The notes under the pieces: model-generated
What the model saw: only the letters and a program-made list of their open reading frames with translations
Database searches by the model: none
Told to the model about the DNA's origin: nothing
Source of the DNA: Alphaproteobacteria bacterium
GTDB taxonomy: Bacteria; Pseudomonadota; Alphaproteobacteria; UBA9219
DNA: 64,000 nucleotides
Direction of reading: 5' to 3'
Assembly (NCBI GenBank): GCA_028683655.1
Contig: JAQUHK010000002.1
Location: 996-64,995 of the forward strand
Made by a program: the position numbers and the translations under genes
Part shown: positions 51,101-60,029 of the stretch, piece after piece
Numbering within the stretch: the first letter of the stretch is position 1
How the letters are laid out: each line of letters opens with the position of its first letter

Positions 51101-51426
51101 GCGCATTCCCTAGCTATCGCCCGTTGGGTCAGCTTGTTACGAAGCTGAATTTCAAACTCGGAGCCGTACAGGCTACTTTCACGGTTCGCCTTGGGAATAA
51201 AGAACTCGCGTCGTTCCTTGCGAACCTTATCCGTGACTTCGTTGGTAACAAACGTTGGGGCGGTGAAAATGAATTCTAGGGACTCGACCTTGGACAATTC
51301 AGCCTTCAACGCCTCGTAAGCATAAATCGAAAAACATGACGCCGCGATCTTTACCCTGGACTTCGGTGAAAGCGATGTCTTTAGGTCGTCGCCAAGTAGA
51401 GCATTTATGTTGTCGATTATTTTCAT
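48154..51426 (-). CDS. SNF2-family helicase (1090 aa)
   Basis: ILADSVGLGKTFTALAVV (motif I); VVIDESHNFRN (DExH); C-terminal helicase domain with QRFGRIDRIGS. Confidence 0.85.
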   Translation of the reverse strand: MKIIDNINALLGDDLKTSLSPKSRVKIAASCFSIYAYEALKAELSKVESLEFIFTAPTFVTNEVTDKVRKERREFFIPKANRESSLYGSEFEIQLRNKLTQRAIARECAEWIRDKATFRSNRTKAQMQQFICIADDEQQTAYAPLHGFTAVDLGYQPGDAVSNIVNRFGDSAHTATYLQLFNRIWNDPAKLEDVTSAICDHIESVYQENAPERIYFQMLYNIFNEFLEDINEDVLPNDRTGYQESLVWKKLFNYQRDAAVGIINKLETYNGCILADSVGLGKTFTALAVVKYYELRNKSVLVLCPKKLADNWLNYNKNLKTNIFAQDRFGYDVLCHTDLSRTSGESFGMRLDRVNWGNYDLVVIDESHNFRNNEVFKERETRYQKLMNKVIREGVKTKVLMLSATPVNNRFNDLKNQLALAYEGESDTLNEKLKTKRSIEEIFRRAQSAFNAWSELPPEQRTARAILDKLDFDFFEVLDSVTIARSRKHIETFYDTKDIGKFPERRKPISIHCPLTQRTDVMGFNDIFGQLSLLKLAVYAPISYILPSRLKKYEDIYDTEVSGGGGKLKQADREIALKALMTTNLLKRLESSVESFRLTLETLEGKLTNTLTTIAKFEAGQDIGVSDFTEDVEDRLEGDEDNIDELDDGNSVSGKVKISLSDMDVPRWKDDLNGDLQLIHTLLESMRKITPEDDAKLQDLKTRIVGKIANPINGGNKKVLIFTAFADTAQYLYKNIAGIQTDINVAVVTGQGAPKSTLGTGYDYQSVLTLFSPRSKEKTLVMPDEMGELDILIGTDCISEGQNLQDCDYLINYDIHWNPVRIIQRFGRIDRIGSPNASIQLVNYWPDISLDEYINLKERVENRMIIADVTATGDDNVLTAKSSEVAYRKEQLRRLQEEVIELEDLKTGVSITDLGLNDFRMDLINYVKQHGDLEDAPKGMHAVVSAEPDLGLKPGVIFALRNRNNGVNINQQNRLHPYYLIYIAKDGEIIANHTEAKKLLDLVRTSSKGYDEPIATVCRLFNSETDDGRNMKPYSDLLGAAIRSMIEVKEEKDLDSLFSGGKTTALVNAISGLDDFELIAFLVIQEGQEK

Positions 51427-51599
51427 GTGCGCTTTTCTTTTTCTTTAATCCACCGATCAATCTCGGTTTTACGAAAACGCCACGATCCACCTACCTTAAA
51501 TCCTGGAATCTCTCCCTCAGCGACAAGACTGTAGACGGTCTTTTCTGCCAATTTGAGCATTTCCGCTACTTCACGAACGGTAAGGATGTCGTCTTTCAT
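51423..51599 (-). CDS. AlpA/excisionase-family small HTH protein (58 aa) heading the SNF2 operon
   Basis: MKDDILTVREVAEMLKLAEKTVYSLVAEGEIPGFKVGGSWRFRKTEIDRWI. Stop overlaps the SNF2 ATG (ATGA). Below the ORF-track cutoff. Confidence 0.5.
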   Translation of the reverse strand: MKDDILTVREVAEMLKLAEKTVYSLVAEGEIPGFKVGGSWRFRKTEIDRWIKEKEKRT

Positions 51600-51799
51600 A
51601 GGTGTTATTGCCCGCTGCTGATTCTTTTTCTACAGCAGAAAATACGGCAAAATTCTCCAATCACAAAGCTAAAAGAGCCCAATAGTGCTGGTTTGCCAAT
51701 TAAACCATCGCAATATCGTTCATTCCTAATAAAATGGCAGCTATAGGGGTATCAATGGTAAGGCCACAATGCTAACACTGGGGCATTTTATAAACCCGC

Positions 51800-52201
51800 T
51801 TAGTCCATCAATGGAAACAAACACCTAGCATACTTCAGCACCTCGCCCACACGTTGCAGTGTCAATTCAGCATCGGCCTTGGATATGTCGTTAGGGAGGC
51901 TCCAGTCGTGGGCTTCACGCAGGACTTTGACGTCTCCTACGATGCCCCAAGCTTCCTTCATTGCATCGGACGTTGTTCTGGCATTCCAGATATGGGTTGC
52001 GAACTTCTCAAAGATTTCATCTGACGGGGTGGCAGGCTCATTGTCGAGCTGGGTCATGTAACTGGCCGCTATGGTATCCGATGCTTGCAAAGCCAGCTTT
52101 TCACTTTCGGCATATTGACCTGTTTCAAGCGCGGATTGTGCCAGCCGGAGCTGTTCCGTTGCTTGATCGAATAGGGTTTGGCTGTGTGAGTTCATCATCA
52201 T
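51800..52201 (-). CDS. Conserved backbone hypothetical protein (133 aa), paralog of 27406..27861
   Basis: See the paralog. Confidence 0.5.
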   Translation of the reverse strand: MMMNSHSQTLFDQATEQLRLAQSALETGQYAESEKLALQASDTIAASYMTQLDNEPATPSDEIFEKFATHIWNARTTSDAMKEAWGIVGDVKVLREAHDWSLPNDISKADAELTLQRVGEVLKYARCLFPLMD

Positions 52202-53445
52202 GCCGTTAATGAGAAAATCGGGTTGTATCTGGCCGCGTCGGGCGCAATGAGCGTCAAGGGACGGTTGGGCGCATCATGCCGCTCGGCAGCTTTGCGAAGA
52301 TCAAGGGATGCCGTTTGCATAGGCCTGCCGCCTAGCTCGCGCTGTTCTGCCCCCAAGGATTTAAGCGCGGCAACAATCTCTGGTTCCTGTAAAACATGAA
52401 TATGTATTGGTGGTGGCACAATGCCCAGCAAAGGGCTGGATCGCCTTGGCGACAACAAAACGATGTTCTGCGCCTTGAACAAAGCCGCATAAACATCCTG
52501 TAAACTCCCGCCGAGAGGAACAGCAGGGCTGGCCTCTTGCCGAGGCTTAGCGAGACTCCCCCAACCACGCTCACCGATCTCTTGCTCTGCCGCTTTCAGG
52601 ATGGAGGCTGCAACACATCGCAACACACCCGAATTGGGCATTTGGCCATTGCTCATAAACTGGCATTGCGTCACAGGCGTTCCCTTGAAGGTCGAAATGC
52701 CTTTGGTAAAGCTGGCCACCACTTTTTGCCGAGAGTCCGGACTTTCCCAACTCACGACAAAGTTATTGGGATCAATCGTGCCATCTGCACGCAGAACATA
52801 GCGAACCTCTACGGGTAGCTTGAATAGACCAGCAGGAAGGCGGCCACTGGCAATTTTCAGCAACGCACTGTCTTCACCGCGCCCAAGGGTCGCACCCAGA
52901 CTTTCCTGAACAGCGATAATCTTGCTGTTATAGGGAGCAAACTCGAAAGCTTGTCCCACAGGGATGATGCCATCCTTGAATCCATGCGTTGCGTAATAAT
53001 CTATGCTGGCTTGAATAAAGGGCAAGCCCAATCCGTTTCTTGGAAGAGACTTGGTTCGTGGCCTTTCAAGAATGATCTCGCGCATCTTTGCGGGAAGCAA
53101 AGCCACATCCTCGCTGTAGATGCCGTGATGAACATCTATGTCATTCCCGTTTCTTTGCAAGAAGAGTGACCGAAAGTTTATAGCCGCGCCAACAATTTTC
53201 GGATCACAAACATCCCACGCGGCAGCGAAGAACAAAACTTCCACATCATCGGTGGACATAGCCCTCATAACTTGGCGAAAGCCTACGGGATCGAATGCCG
53301 CGCCATGCACCTTGGCTTCGTACTGGATGGCATCGCGCAGCATACCGCCAAGCGTGCTGCAATGAATGACATCCGAGTCAATTTGCGGGAGAATGGCGAC
53401 GTTAAGGCCGCCCATGAGCTGCTGAAAGTTTTTTGTATCAATCAT
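52198..53445 (-). CDS. Conserved backbone hypothetical protein (about 415 aa), paralog of 27858..29090
   Basis: MIDTKNFQQLMGGLNVAILPQ start, same as the paralog. Confidence 0.55.
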   Translation of the reverse strand: MIDTKNFQQLMGGLNVAILPQIDSDVIHCSTLGGMLRDAIQYEAKVHGAAFDPVGFRQVMRAMSTDDVEVLFFAAAWDVCDPKIVGAAINFRSLFLQRNGNDIDVHHGIYSEDVALLPAKMREIILERPRTKSLPRNGLGLPFIQASIDYYATHGFKDGIIPVGQAFEFAPYNSKIIAVQESLGATLGRGEDSALLKIASGRLPAGLFKLPVEVRYVLRADGTIDPNNFVVSWESPDSRQKVVASFTKGISTFKGTPVTQCQFMSNGQMPNSGVLRCVAASILKAAEQEIGERGWGSLAKPRQEASPAVPLGGSLQDVYAALFKAQNIVLLSPRRSSPLLGIVPPPIHIHVLQEPEIVAALKSLGAEQRELGGRPMQTASLDLRKAAERHDAPNRPLTLIAPDAARYNPIFSLTA

Positions 53446-53522
53446 TGTTGCGACACCCATAATTTGAGGAGCCAAACTAATCCGAGCGTATCACAAAATC
53501 CTCTACCTGTACTGGGGGCTTA

Positions 53523-54176
53523 TTACTTTCGTTTCTTTTTGGGCAGGCCGGAGCTTTTTGCCCAGAAAGCATCAAATTCTCGCATATATCGCTGGGCGAC
53601 CTGCTTGGAATAGATGGTTAAGCATTCGCGTTTGGAAGCGTTATCTGTCAGCGGGATCACGACATAGTCCCCATACAGATACCACGGGGTCACGTCTTTG
53701 AACTCGTCGTCGAGGAGCTTATAGCTGCAATAGCTTACCGGAGCCCCCAACTCACCTTCCTGCACAAGAACCTTGGCATCCAGTCCTTCGATGGCAGCCA
53801 TGCGCTTGATATGCTCGGCGGCGTAATCGTCGGCAATTGGCATATAACGCGCATCCCCGAAATTGAACTGGCGGATGCGCCCGCCTTTGCGAACGGTTTC
53901 ATAGATATGGTCGAGAAGCTGGCGATAGCCTGTTTTGCCGCTATAGGTACGCATCTGGTGCTTGCGGACGCAAACGCCTTCATTCTCGGTAAACTCGATC
54001 CCTTCCTGATCCAGAACGGTCAGGATACGCGCCAGTGTTCTTTCTTGCGGCTGCACGGTTTCGTTTTCAATCTGGCGGATCGTCAGGCGCGTAATCTCGC
54101 ATTGATCGGCCAGTTCTTCCATTGACCAACCGAGAAGCCCGCGTGCGCCCCGTATCTGTCTGCCTGTAATGCTCAT
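53523..54176 (-). CDS. XRE-family HTH regulator (217 aa), near-identical to 29168..29821
   Basis: Paralog. Confidence 0.7.
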   Translation of the reverse strand: MSITGRQIRGARGLLGWSMEELADQCEITRLTIRQIENETVQPQERTLARILTVLDQEGIEFTENEGVCVRKHQMRTYSGKTGYRQLLDHIYETVRKGGRIRQFNFGDARYMPIADDYAAEHIKRMAAIEGLDAKVLVQEGELGAPVSYCSYKLLDDEFKDVTPWYLYGDYVVIPLTDNASKRECLTIYSKQVAQRYMREFDAFWAKSSGLPKKKRK

Positions 54177-54495
54177 AACGCTTCATCCTTCTAAAATAAT
54201 CATTATGGTTGTTTATAACATATGAATATGAAGAAAGCGAGAACATTTTTAGGGCGTAACGGTTGTGATCTGTAAAAAAATGTTTGGTTATCGCGGCACA
54301 AAACAGTCATATTTTCTCTATAACCATTATATATCAACATATTAATAGTGATAATCCGATATGAAAGCCTTTTGCAATCATTTTGTATATTCGTATTGAC
54401 ATGGCAACAAAATCGTGCTAGCGTGCCATCAGATCATTAAGAAACTTTATACGCGCACAGTAAAAACCGATTTTTATAACCAAAGGATGAAGACC

Positions 54496-55017
54496 ATGAA
54501 AAAATCCCTCAAGAGAACGACCCACAAGGTCAGGACGGGGCAGGCTCCATGTCCCGAACGGTTTCAGCACGGCGGCGGGTTGCGCCGCGACCTCATCAAA
54601 AGTCACGACAAGAGAAAGCCTTCCACGTTGCGGTATCGCGCCCGCTGGTCAAGCCCGCTTGACCGCTATTGCGAGATGAAGCTGATCGGCTATGCCCAAT
54701 ATGAGGCGGGCATCCGGTTCTGGAAGGCCTATCACCGTGCCGTATCTGGCGGAGCCGCTTGTTCAGCCCGTGCCAGCCGGATCGATAGCCCTGCGCGGCT
54801 TTGCCTGCCGGATCGTTTGCGCCGTGCCTTTGCTTGTGTCGAACAAGCCTATGCCGTCCTCACCGCCGACGTGCTTGGTGTTGTGATCGACGTATGCGCT
54901 TATGACCAACCGGCGGCCAGCCCGCAGGAGCTAGACCTCTTACGCAAAGGCCTTGGCCGTTTGGCGCAAGAATGGGGGATAGCAGCATCGGAGCTGTGCC
55001 ACCGAAAGAAAGGATAA
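54496..55017 (+). CDS. Conserved backbone hypothetical protein, paralog of 30139..30660
   Basis: Paralog. Confidence 0.5.
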   Translation: MKKSLKRTTHKVRTGQAPCPERFQHGGGLRRDLIKSHDKRKPSTLRYRARWSSPLDRYCEMKLIGYAQYEAGIRFWKAYHRAVSGGAACSARASRIDSPARLCLPDRLRRAFACVEQAYAVLTADVLGVVIDVCAYDQPAASPQELDLLRKGLGRLAQEWGIAASELCHRKKG

Positions 55018-55069
55018 CCCCAAACCCGTTTTATACTCGGTCAGTCATTTTAAGAGTGAACATTACCGA

Positions 55070-55102
55070 CCCCCAGTCCGGCCAGACTGGGGGTTTCTTT
55101 TT
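55070..55102 (+). terminator. Rho-independent terminator (copy of 30712..30744)
   Basis: Same hairpin plus T-run. Confidence 0.6.
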
Positions 55103-55189
55103 GCTTAGATCAGATCGTGAAAAGGTTGGCGGCTACGCCTGCCAACCATTCGCGTGAATCTGATCGATAATCAAAGAAAGGAGGCCCCT

Positions 55190-55774
55190 ATGTCCTCAGA
55201 CACAAGCAACCGCCCGCCCATCACCCCTCTGTTCCGCCACACAGCCCGCGCCGTGTGTCGCCCATTGAGTCTGTACGACAGCCTTAAAAATCCAGCCCCG
55301 CCGCAAAGAGGCGAGACGCAGGAACGGTCAGACATTTTGTCTGACAAAAAAGCTAAAAGCTTCGCGCAAGTTGCGCCTTCGGTCAGACCACCAGTGGTCA
55401 GACCAAAGCCATGCGAGCTAAAGCTCGGAAGAGAAAGGCCTCATCGTCTGATGGCACGTTTCAATGACGATGAAAAAGCTTTAGTTCAACGCAAAGCCAA
55501 AACAGCCCGTCTGTCTTTAAGCGAATATATCCGCGTCTCTGTTCTGGGGGATGTCTATGTCTCGACCGTTGATCCGGAGCGGCAAAAGCTCCTGCACGAG
55601 CTGAGCCGCGAGCTTGGCAAGCAGGGAAGCAATCTTAACCAGATCGCCAAACACCTCAACACACGCGGGGAGTCCCAGCAAGGCGAAGGCATGCTGGCGG
55701 AACTCTTTGACTCGCTGGTCGCCGCTCACAACGCCGTGCGCCGCGCCATGGCAGAAAGGAAGCGTTATGAATGA
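55190..55774 (+). CDS. mobC: MobC-family mobilization protein (island B)
   Basis: RLSLSEYIRVSVLG; NLNQIAKHLN. aaggagg RBS. Confidence 0.8.
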   Translation: MSSDTSNRPPITPLFRHTARAVCRPLSLYDSLKNPAPPQRGETQERSDILSDKKAKSFAQVAPSVRPPVVRPKPCELKLGRERPHRLMARFNDDEKALVQRKAKTARLSLSEYIRVSVLGDVYVSTVDPERQKLLHELSRELGKQGSNLNQIAKHLNTRGESQQGEGMLAELFDSLVAAHNAVRRAMAERKRYE

Positions 55775-56523
55775 TTATCAAATCAACCATACGCGGCGGC
55801 TATCTTTCGGCGGCCCAATATATGAAGGATATTGGCGAGAACGAGAAAACGCGCCTTGTCGAACTGAGCGACCCAGAGGCCAAGAACCTCGACGATGCCT
55901 TTCAAAAAATGTGGGAGGTCGCTTGCCCGACCAAGGTCAAGAAGCCACTTCACCACATCAGCATCAACCCGATGAAGGGCGAGCATCTGACCGACAAGCA
56001 GGTTCTGGCCATCGCGGACAGGTGCGAAGAGCTTTACGGCTATAAAATGTTTCATCACCAGCGGGTGATTGTCGAACATATCAAGGACGGGCGGCAGCAC
56101 TTTCACGTTATCTGGAACCGTGTGAGCCTTGTCACGGGCAAGACAGTCTGGCCGGGGCATCACTGGAAAAAGTCGAAGCAAGTCGCCCGCGAGATGGAAG
56201 AGCGTCTAGGCCTTAAACGGCCTCAGCCAAGGGGCAAGGCGATCAAAAAGACTACAAGCAGCAAAACGAGAGCGGTGAAACCGCGTTCGTCTGGATTGCG
56301 TTTATCCAGTCCGGACAGGAAACCGCCCCAAACAAAAAGCAAGTCCCTGTTACCGACGGCAAGCCACAGACCAGCGCAAAAGAAGTCCGAACCGCCGCCG
56401 CCGATGCAGCCCATGCACCCCAAGAAAAAACGTTGGCCGGATCAAGCCATCATCGACTGGGAAGTCTGGGGTCATCTATGGCCAAAGCGTTTCTTCGCGC
56501 TCTGGCCGGAACTTATTCCCTGA
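55771..56523 (+). CDS. MobA/MobL-type relaxase (island B)
   Basis: Paralog of 31414..32157. Confidence 0.75.
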   Translation: MIIKSTIRGGYLSAAQYMKDIGENEKTRLVELSDPEAKNLDDAFQKMWEVACPTKVKKPLHHISINPMKGEHLTDKQVLAIADRCEELYGYKMFHHQRVIVEHIKDGRQHFHVIWNRVSLVTGKTVWPGHHWKKSKQVAREMEERLGLKRPQPRGKAIKKTTSSKTRAVKPRSSGLRLSSPDRKPPQTKSKSLLPTASHRPAQKKSEPPPPMQPMHPKKKRWPDQAIIDWEVWGHLWPKRFFALWPELIP

Positions 56524-56781
56524 ACAGCAAAGGAGGAACATGCCACCAAACCGCATTAAAACAAAATCATTTACCCTCTCGAAACACAAACGCCGCGTTT
56601 ATCGCGTCATGGAGGAAAACACAGCCACAGTATTCTTTTTATCAAAAACCCAAGCCGCTCTTTACGTCCTCGGACGGCAACTGATGAAGATGATGGACAA
56701 ACAGCAATAAACCACAGACCCGCTCCGCAAGGAGCATTTTTTAACCCCGCCCGCCGGAACGCCTTCCGAGCGGGATTTTTT

Positions 56782-57774
56782 ATGGAGAAATACATGGAAC
56801 AGACGAACAAATTTAACATCTACAGCCACGTCACGGACAAAATCATCGCCGATCTCGAAAAGGGCGTTCGTCCTTGGCAGAAACCTTGGAACTCTGCCCA
56901 TACCAGCGGGCGCATTGTCCGCCCGCGCCGTCATAATGGCCTGCCTTACAACGGAGTGAACATTCTGCTTTTGTGGAGCGAGGCCTATGACAAGGGCTAT
57001 CAAAGTCCCACATGGATGACGTTCCGGCAAGCGCAAGAATATGGCGGTCATATCCGCAAGGGGGAGAAGTCTTGCACAGTTGTTTATGCCAGCACTTTCA
57101 GCAAAGCGGAAACAGATGAAACCACCGGACAGGATATTGAAAAGGATATTCCCTTCCTGCGGGGTTATCGGGTCTTTAATGCCGAGCAAATCGAAGGCCT
57201 GCCGGAAAGGTTCACCGTTCAACCAGAGGGCAGCAGTCTTTCCAAACCTGAGCGGCTTGATCTTGTCGATCAGTTTATCCGCAACACCGGAGCAGATTTG
57301 CGCCATGGCGGTGACAGAGCCTTTTATGCCGAGAAAGCGGATTATATCCGCATGCCTCGCATCGAAGCCTTCAAAGACCCTGAAAGCTATTACGGCACGC
57401 TGACGCATGAGCTGACGCACTGGACAAAGCACAAAAGCCGCCTTGACCGCACTTTTGCAACCGACAGCAACGCGCCAAGAAGCTTTGGGGATGAATCTTA
57501 TGCCAAGGAAGAACTCGTTGCCGAAATCGGCTCGGCCTTCTTGTGTGCTGATCTCGGCATCACGCCCGACGTGCGCGAAGACCACGCAGCCTATATCGGC
57601 CACTGGCTCAAGGCTCTGAAAGATGATCGCAAGCTGATCTTCTCAGCCGCCGCTCACGCAGGCCGCGCCGCCGATTATCTCAAAGACCTGCAGAGCAAAG
57701 TCACCTGCACGCCAACACTGCCCACAACAACGGTGCAGCCGTCTTTGTCCACAACAACCCCAGCCCAACACTAA
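56782..57774 (+). CDS. ardC: ArdC-like antirestriction protein (island B)
   Basis: HELTHWTKH; paralog of 32864..33856. Confidence 0.8.
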   Translation: MEKYMEQTNKFNIYSHVTDKIIADLEKGVRPWQKPWNSAHTSGRIVRPRRHNGLPYNGVNILLLWSEAYDKGYQSPTWMTFRQAQEYGGHIRKGEKSCTVVYASTFSKAETDETTGQDIEKDIPFLRGYRVFNAEQIEGLPERFTVQPEGSSLSKPERLDLVDQFIRNTGADLRHGGDRAFYAEKADYIRMPRIEAFKDPESYYGTLTHELTHWTKHKSRLDRTFATDSNAPRSFGDESYAKEELVAEIGSAFLCADLGITPDVREDHAAYIGHWLKALKDDRKLIFSAAAHAGRAADYLKDLQSKVTCTPTLPTTTVQPSLSTTTPAQH

Positions 57775-57789
57775 CAGATCGGAGGAAAC

Positions 57790-58149
57790 ATGGACGATCA
57801 AACCGTCGTCATGCCAGCGAGACACTTCACCGTGCAATCGCTGGCCGCCTACTGGGGCGTATCTCCCAGCCATATTTACAACCTGATCCATTCAAACGCC
57901 CTGCACCACATGCGCATCGGCAAAGCCATTCGTATCCCATCCATTTTTGTCAAAGAATTTCAGGAGGCAGCATGTCAATTAACAACGATTTCTACCGTTT
58001 GTGGCAACACGATAACGGAACTTGGTACATCATCTGGTCACCACAAGGCGAAGAAAAAACGAACGCCCGTGGAACAAAGCGCATATCAACGAGGACAGGA
58101 GATCGCCGTGAAGCGGAGCAATTCCGAGCCCAGTTCATCGCGGGACTAA
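57790..58149 (+). CDS. Excisionase-like HTH protein (putative Xis, island B); 3' end overlaps the integrase
   Basis: FTVQSLAAYWGVSPSHIYNLIHSNALHHMRIGKAIRIP is HTH-like. Confidence 0.4.
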   Translation: MDDQTVVMPARHFTVQSLAAYWGVSPSHIYNLIHSNALHHMRIGKAIRIPSIFVKEFQEAACQLTTISTVCGNTITELGTSSGHHKAKKKRTPVEQSAYQRGQEIAVKRSNSEPSSSRD

Positions 58150-59006
58150 ACAACGAAACACCAAAGGAAGAACCAACGATAGCAGAACTGTTAAAGCTTT
58201 ATAGGAATCAACATGGCGTCAATACGCGCTCGTTGAAAACGATTGATTATCATCTCAAAACACTTCGGCCTTTTTTCGGAGATTTGTTGCCATCCCACGT
58301 TAGTAATAATTTGCTGAAAGAATATGTCGCTCAGCGTGGCGTTAAGGCTGGCACAATTTTGCGCGAACTTGGTACACTTAAAGCCGCTTTACATTATGCA
58401 GAAGGCAACAGATGGATTGAGAGACAACCGCAGTTCATCATGCCAGTTAAGTCTCCGCCGCCGCGTGATCTGTGGTTGAAGAGGGAGGAGGTGGTCATGC
58501 TTATAGAAAAGGCAAAATCTCCACATATCGCTCTTTTTATCAAAATTGCTGTTTCCACTGCGGCGCGGTCAGGGGCGATCCTTGATCTGAAGTGGGATCA
58601 GTTGGACATGGAGCAGCGGATCATTGACTTCGGTAGGGGCTATGGCAACAAGCGTCGGTCTATCGTCCCTATGAATGACGCGGTTTATGAAGCCCTGCTT
58701 GAGGCAAAGGAACTTGCTCAAACGGATCATGTGATTGAGTACAACGGAAGGCCAACGAGAGCTATCAAAAAGGCCTTCAGCCGTCTGTGCGAGTCATGTG
58801 GGATTAAGGCCAGTCCCCACGTCCTACGCCACACGGCCGCGACATGGCTGGTCATGGACGGGGTGCCATTGTCTGAGGTTGCCCGTCTGTTGGGAGACAG
58901 TGAGAAGACGGTTGAAACCGTTTACGGCAAACACTCGCCGGATTATCTCCGCCGAGCTGTAACAGCCCTAAATCTCACGAAAAACAAGCCCGTGTTACAG
59001 CTGTAA
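57972..59006 (+). CDS. int: Tyrosine-type site-specific integrase (island B), adjacent to tRNA-Val
   Basis: HVLRHTAATWLVMDGVPLSEVARLLGDSEKTVETVYGKH. Confidence 0.85.
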   Translation: MSINNDFYRLWQHDNGTWYIIWSPQGEEKTNARGTKRISTRTGDRREAEQFRAQFIAGLNNETPKEEPTIAELLKLYRNQHGVNTRSLKTIDYHLKTLRPFFGDLLPSHVSNNLLKEYVAQRGVKAGTILRELGTLKAALHYAEGNRWIERQPQFIMPVKSPPPRDLWLKREEVVMLIEKAKSPHIALFIKIAVSTAARSGAILDLKWDQLDMEQRIIDFGRGYGNKRRSIVPMNDAVYEALLEAKELAQTDHVIEYNGRPTRAIKKAFSRLCESCGIKASPHVLRHTAATWLVMDGVPLSEVARLLGDSEKTVETVYGKHSPDYLRRAVTALNLTKNKPVLQL

Positions 59007-59030
59007 CACCGTTTCTGTGGGCCCACCACG

Positions 59031-59095
59031 CTAACCCCTTGAAAAGCGTGGTGGGTGCGACAGGGATTGAACCTGTGACCCCTACCGTGTGAAGG
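59031..59095. repeat. Direct repeat copy 3 (overlaps the intact tRNA-Val 3' half)
   Basis: See the other repeat copies. Confidence 0.8.
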
Positions 59096-59123
59096 TAATG
59101 CTCTACCGCTGAGCTACGCACCC
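59049..59123 (-). tRNA. tRNA-Val (anticodon CAC), 75 nt including CCA
   Basis: Reverse complement folds as a cloverleaf: acceptor GGGTGCG/CGCACCC, D-arm GCTC..GAGC, anticodon stem TTACC/GGTAG, loop TTCACAC, T-arm ACAGG-TTCAATC-CCTGT, then CCA. Confidence 0.85.
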
Positions 59124-59302
59124 ACGCTTTGTTTTCAGTGTGTTGGCGGGGCGTCGGGAGGTCCTGTCCAGCCTTGTAGGGCTTGGGATAGTGTCACGAC
59201 GAGCCAACGTCAAGACGGCGGTGATCGTCTTGGGCTGAGGAGGGCAAATAGACAGGATTTTACCCTTTGCTGTCAAGCACAAGCCTGATATTTTCTTCTT
59301 CC

Positions 59303-60025
59303 ATGGCCCATATTGTCACACCCGCCCTTAAACCCCATATCCTTGTTGTCGATGACGATGACCGGTTGCGTGAGCTTTTGGGCCTTTTTTTAAGTGAAAA
59401 TGGCTTTTTGGTCAGTACGGCGGATGGGGCAGCGGGGGCGCGCAGTAAGTTGGCTACGCTGGTCTATGACCTGATGGTTTTGGACATTATGATGCCGGGA
59501 GAGACAGGGCTAGAGCTGGCTTTTTCCCTTCGAAACAATCCTCAAAATCGTATTCGTGCCATGCCTATCTTGCTCCTTACCGCCCGTGGGGAGGCCTCAG
59601 ACCGTATCGGGGGGCTGGAGACAGGCGCCGATGATTATCTTGTTAAGCCGTTTGAGCCACGTGAGCTGCTCTTGCGGATTAATGCGATTTTACGGCGTGT
59701 TCCTAAACAAGGCGAGACGATGGCTCCTTTGAGGATGGGGAAGTGGATTTATGATCCGGCGCGAGATGAATTGCGAAGTGAAGATGAAACCGTACGGTTG
59801 ACAGACGGCGAGGCGGCGATGATGCGTTTGCTGGCGGCTCAGCCCGGCGGTGTTGTCACTCGTGAAGCCCTTGGAGATCGCGGTAGGGGAACGGTCAACG
59901 ACCGCACGATTGACGTTCAAGTGACGCGCTTGCGGCGTAAGATCGAAGGCGATATGCGCAACCCGCGTTATTTGATTACAGTGCGTGGTGAGGGGTATAT
60001 GCTGATGCCGGATGCGGAGGGGTAG
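59303..60025 (+). CDS. OmpR-family two-component response regulator
   Basis: HILVVDDDDRLRELL receiver domain with a winged-helix C-terminus. Confidence 0.8.
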   Translation: MAHIVTPALKPHILVVDDDDRLRELLGLFLSENGFLVSTADGAAGARSKLATLVYDLMVLDIMMPGETGLELAFSLRNNPQNRIRAMPILLLTARGEASDRIGGLETGADDYLVKPFEPRELLLRINAILRRVPKQGETMAPLRMGKWIYDPARDELRSEDETVRLTDGEAAMMRLLAAQPGGVVTREALGDRGRGTVNDRTIDVQVTRLRRKIEGDMRNPRYLITVRGEGYMLMPDAEG

Positions 60026-60029
60026 GCAG

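Larger units (their letters stand above)
38917..59048. mobile_element. Genomic island B: integrative mobilizable element at tRNA-Val with Type III RM-like defense cargo
   Basis: Integrase ends 22 nt from the tRNA-proximal repeat. Backbone is paralogous to island A. Confidence 0.6.

Noticed and set aside
39098-51426. Calling the island B locus DISARM
   Set aside because: No DUF1998 (drmB)-like gene is present, and the Mod/Res pair has canonical Type III signatures. It is kept as a Type III-like extended locus instead.
59267-59302. Upstream TTG start for the response regulator
   Set aside because: The ATG at 59303 gives a canonical receiver-domain N-terminus; the TTG extension adds a non-conserved leader.
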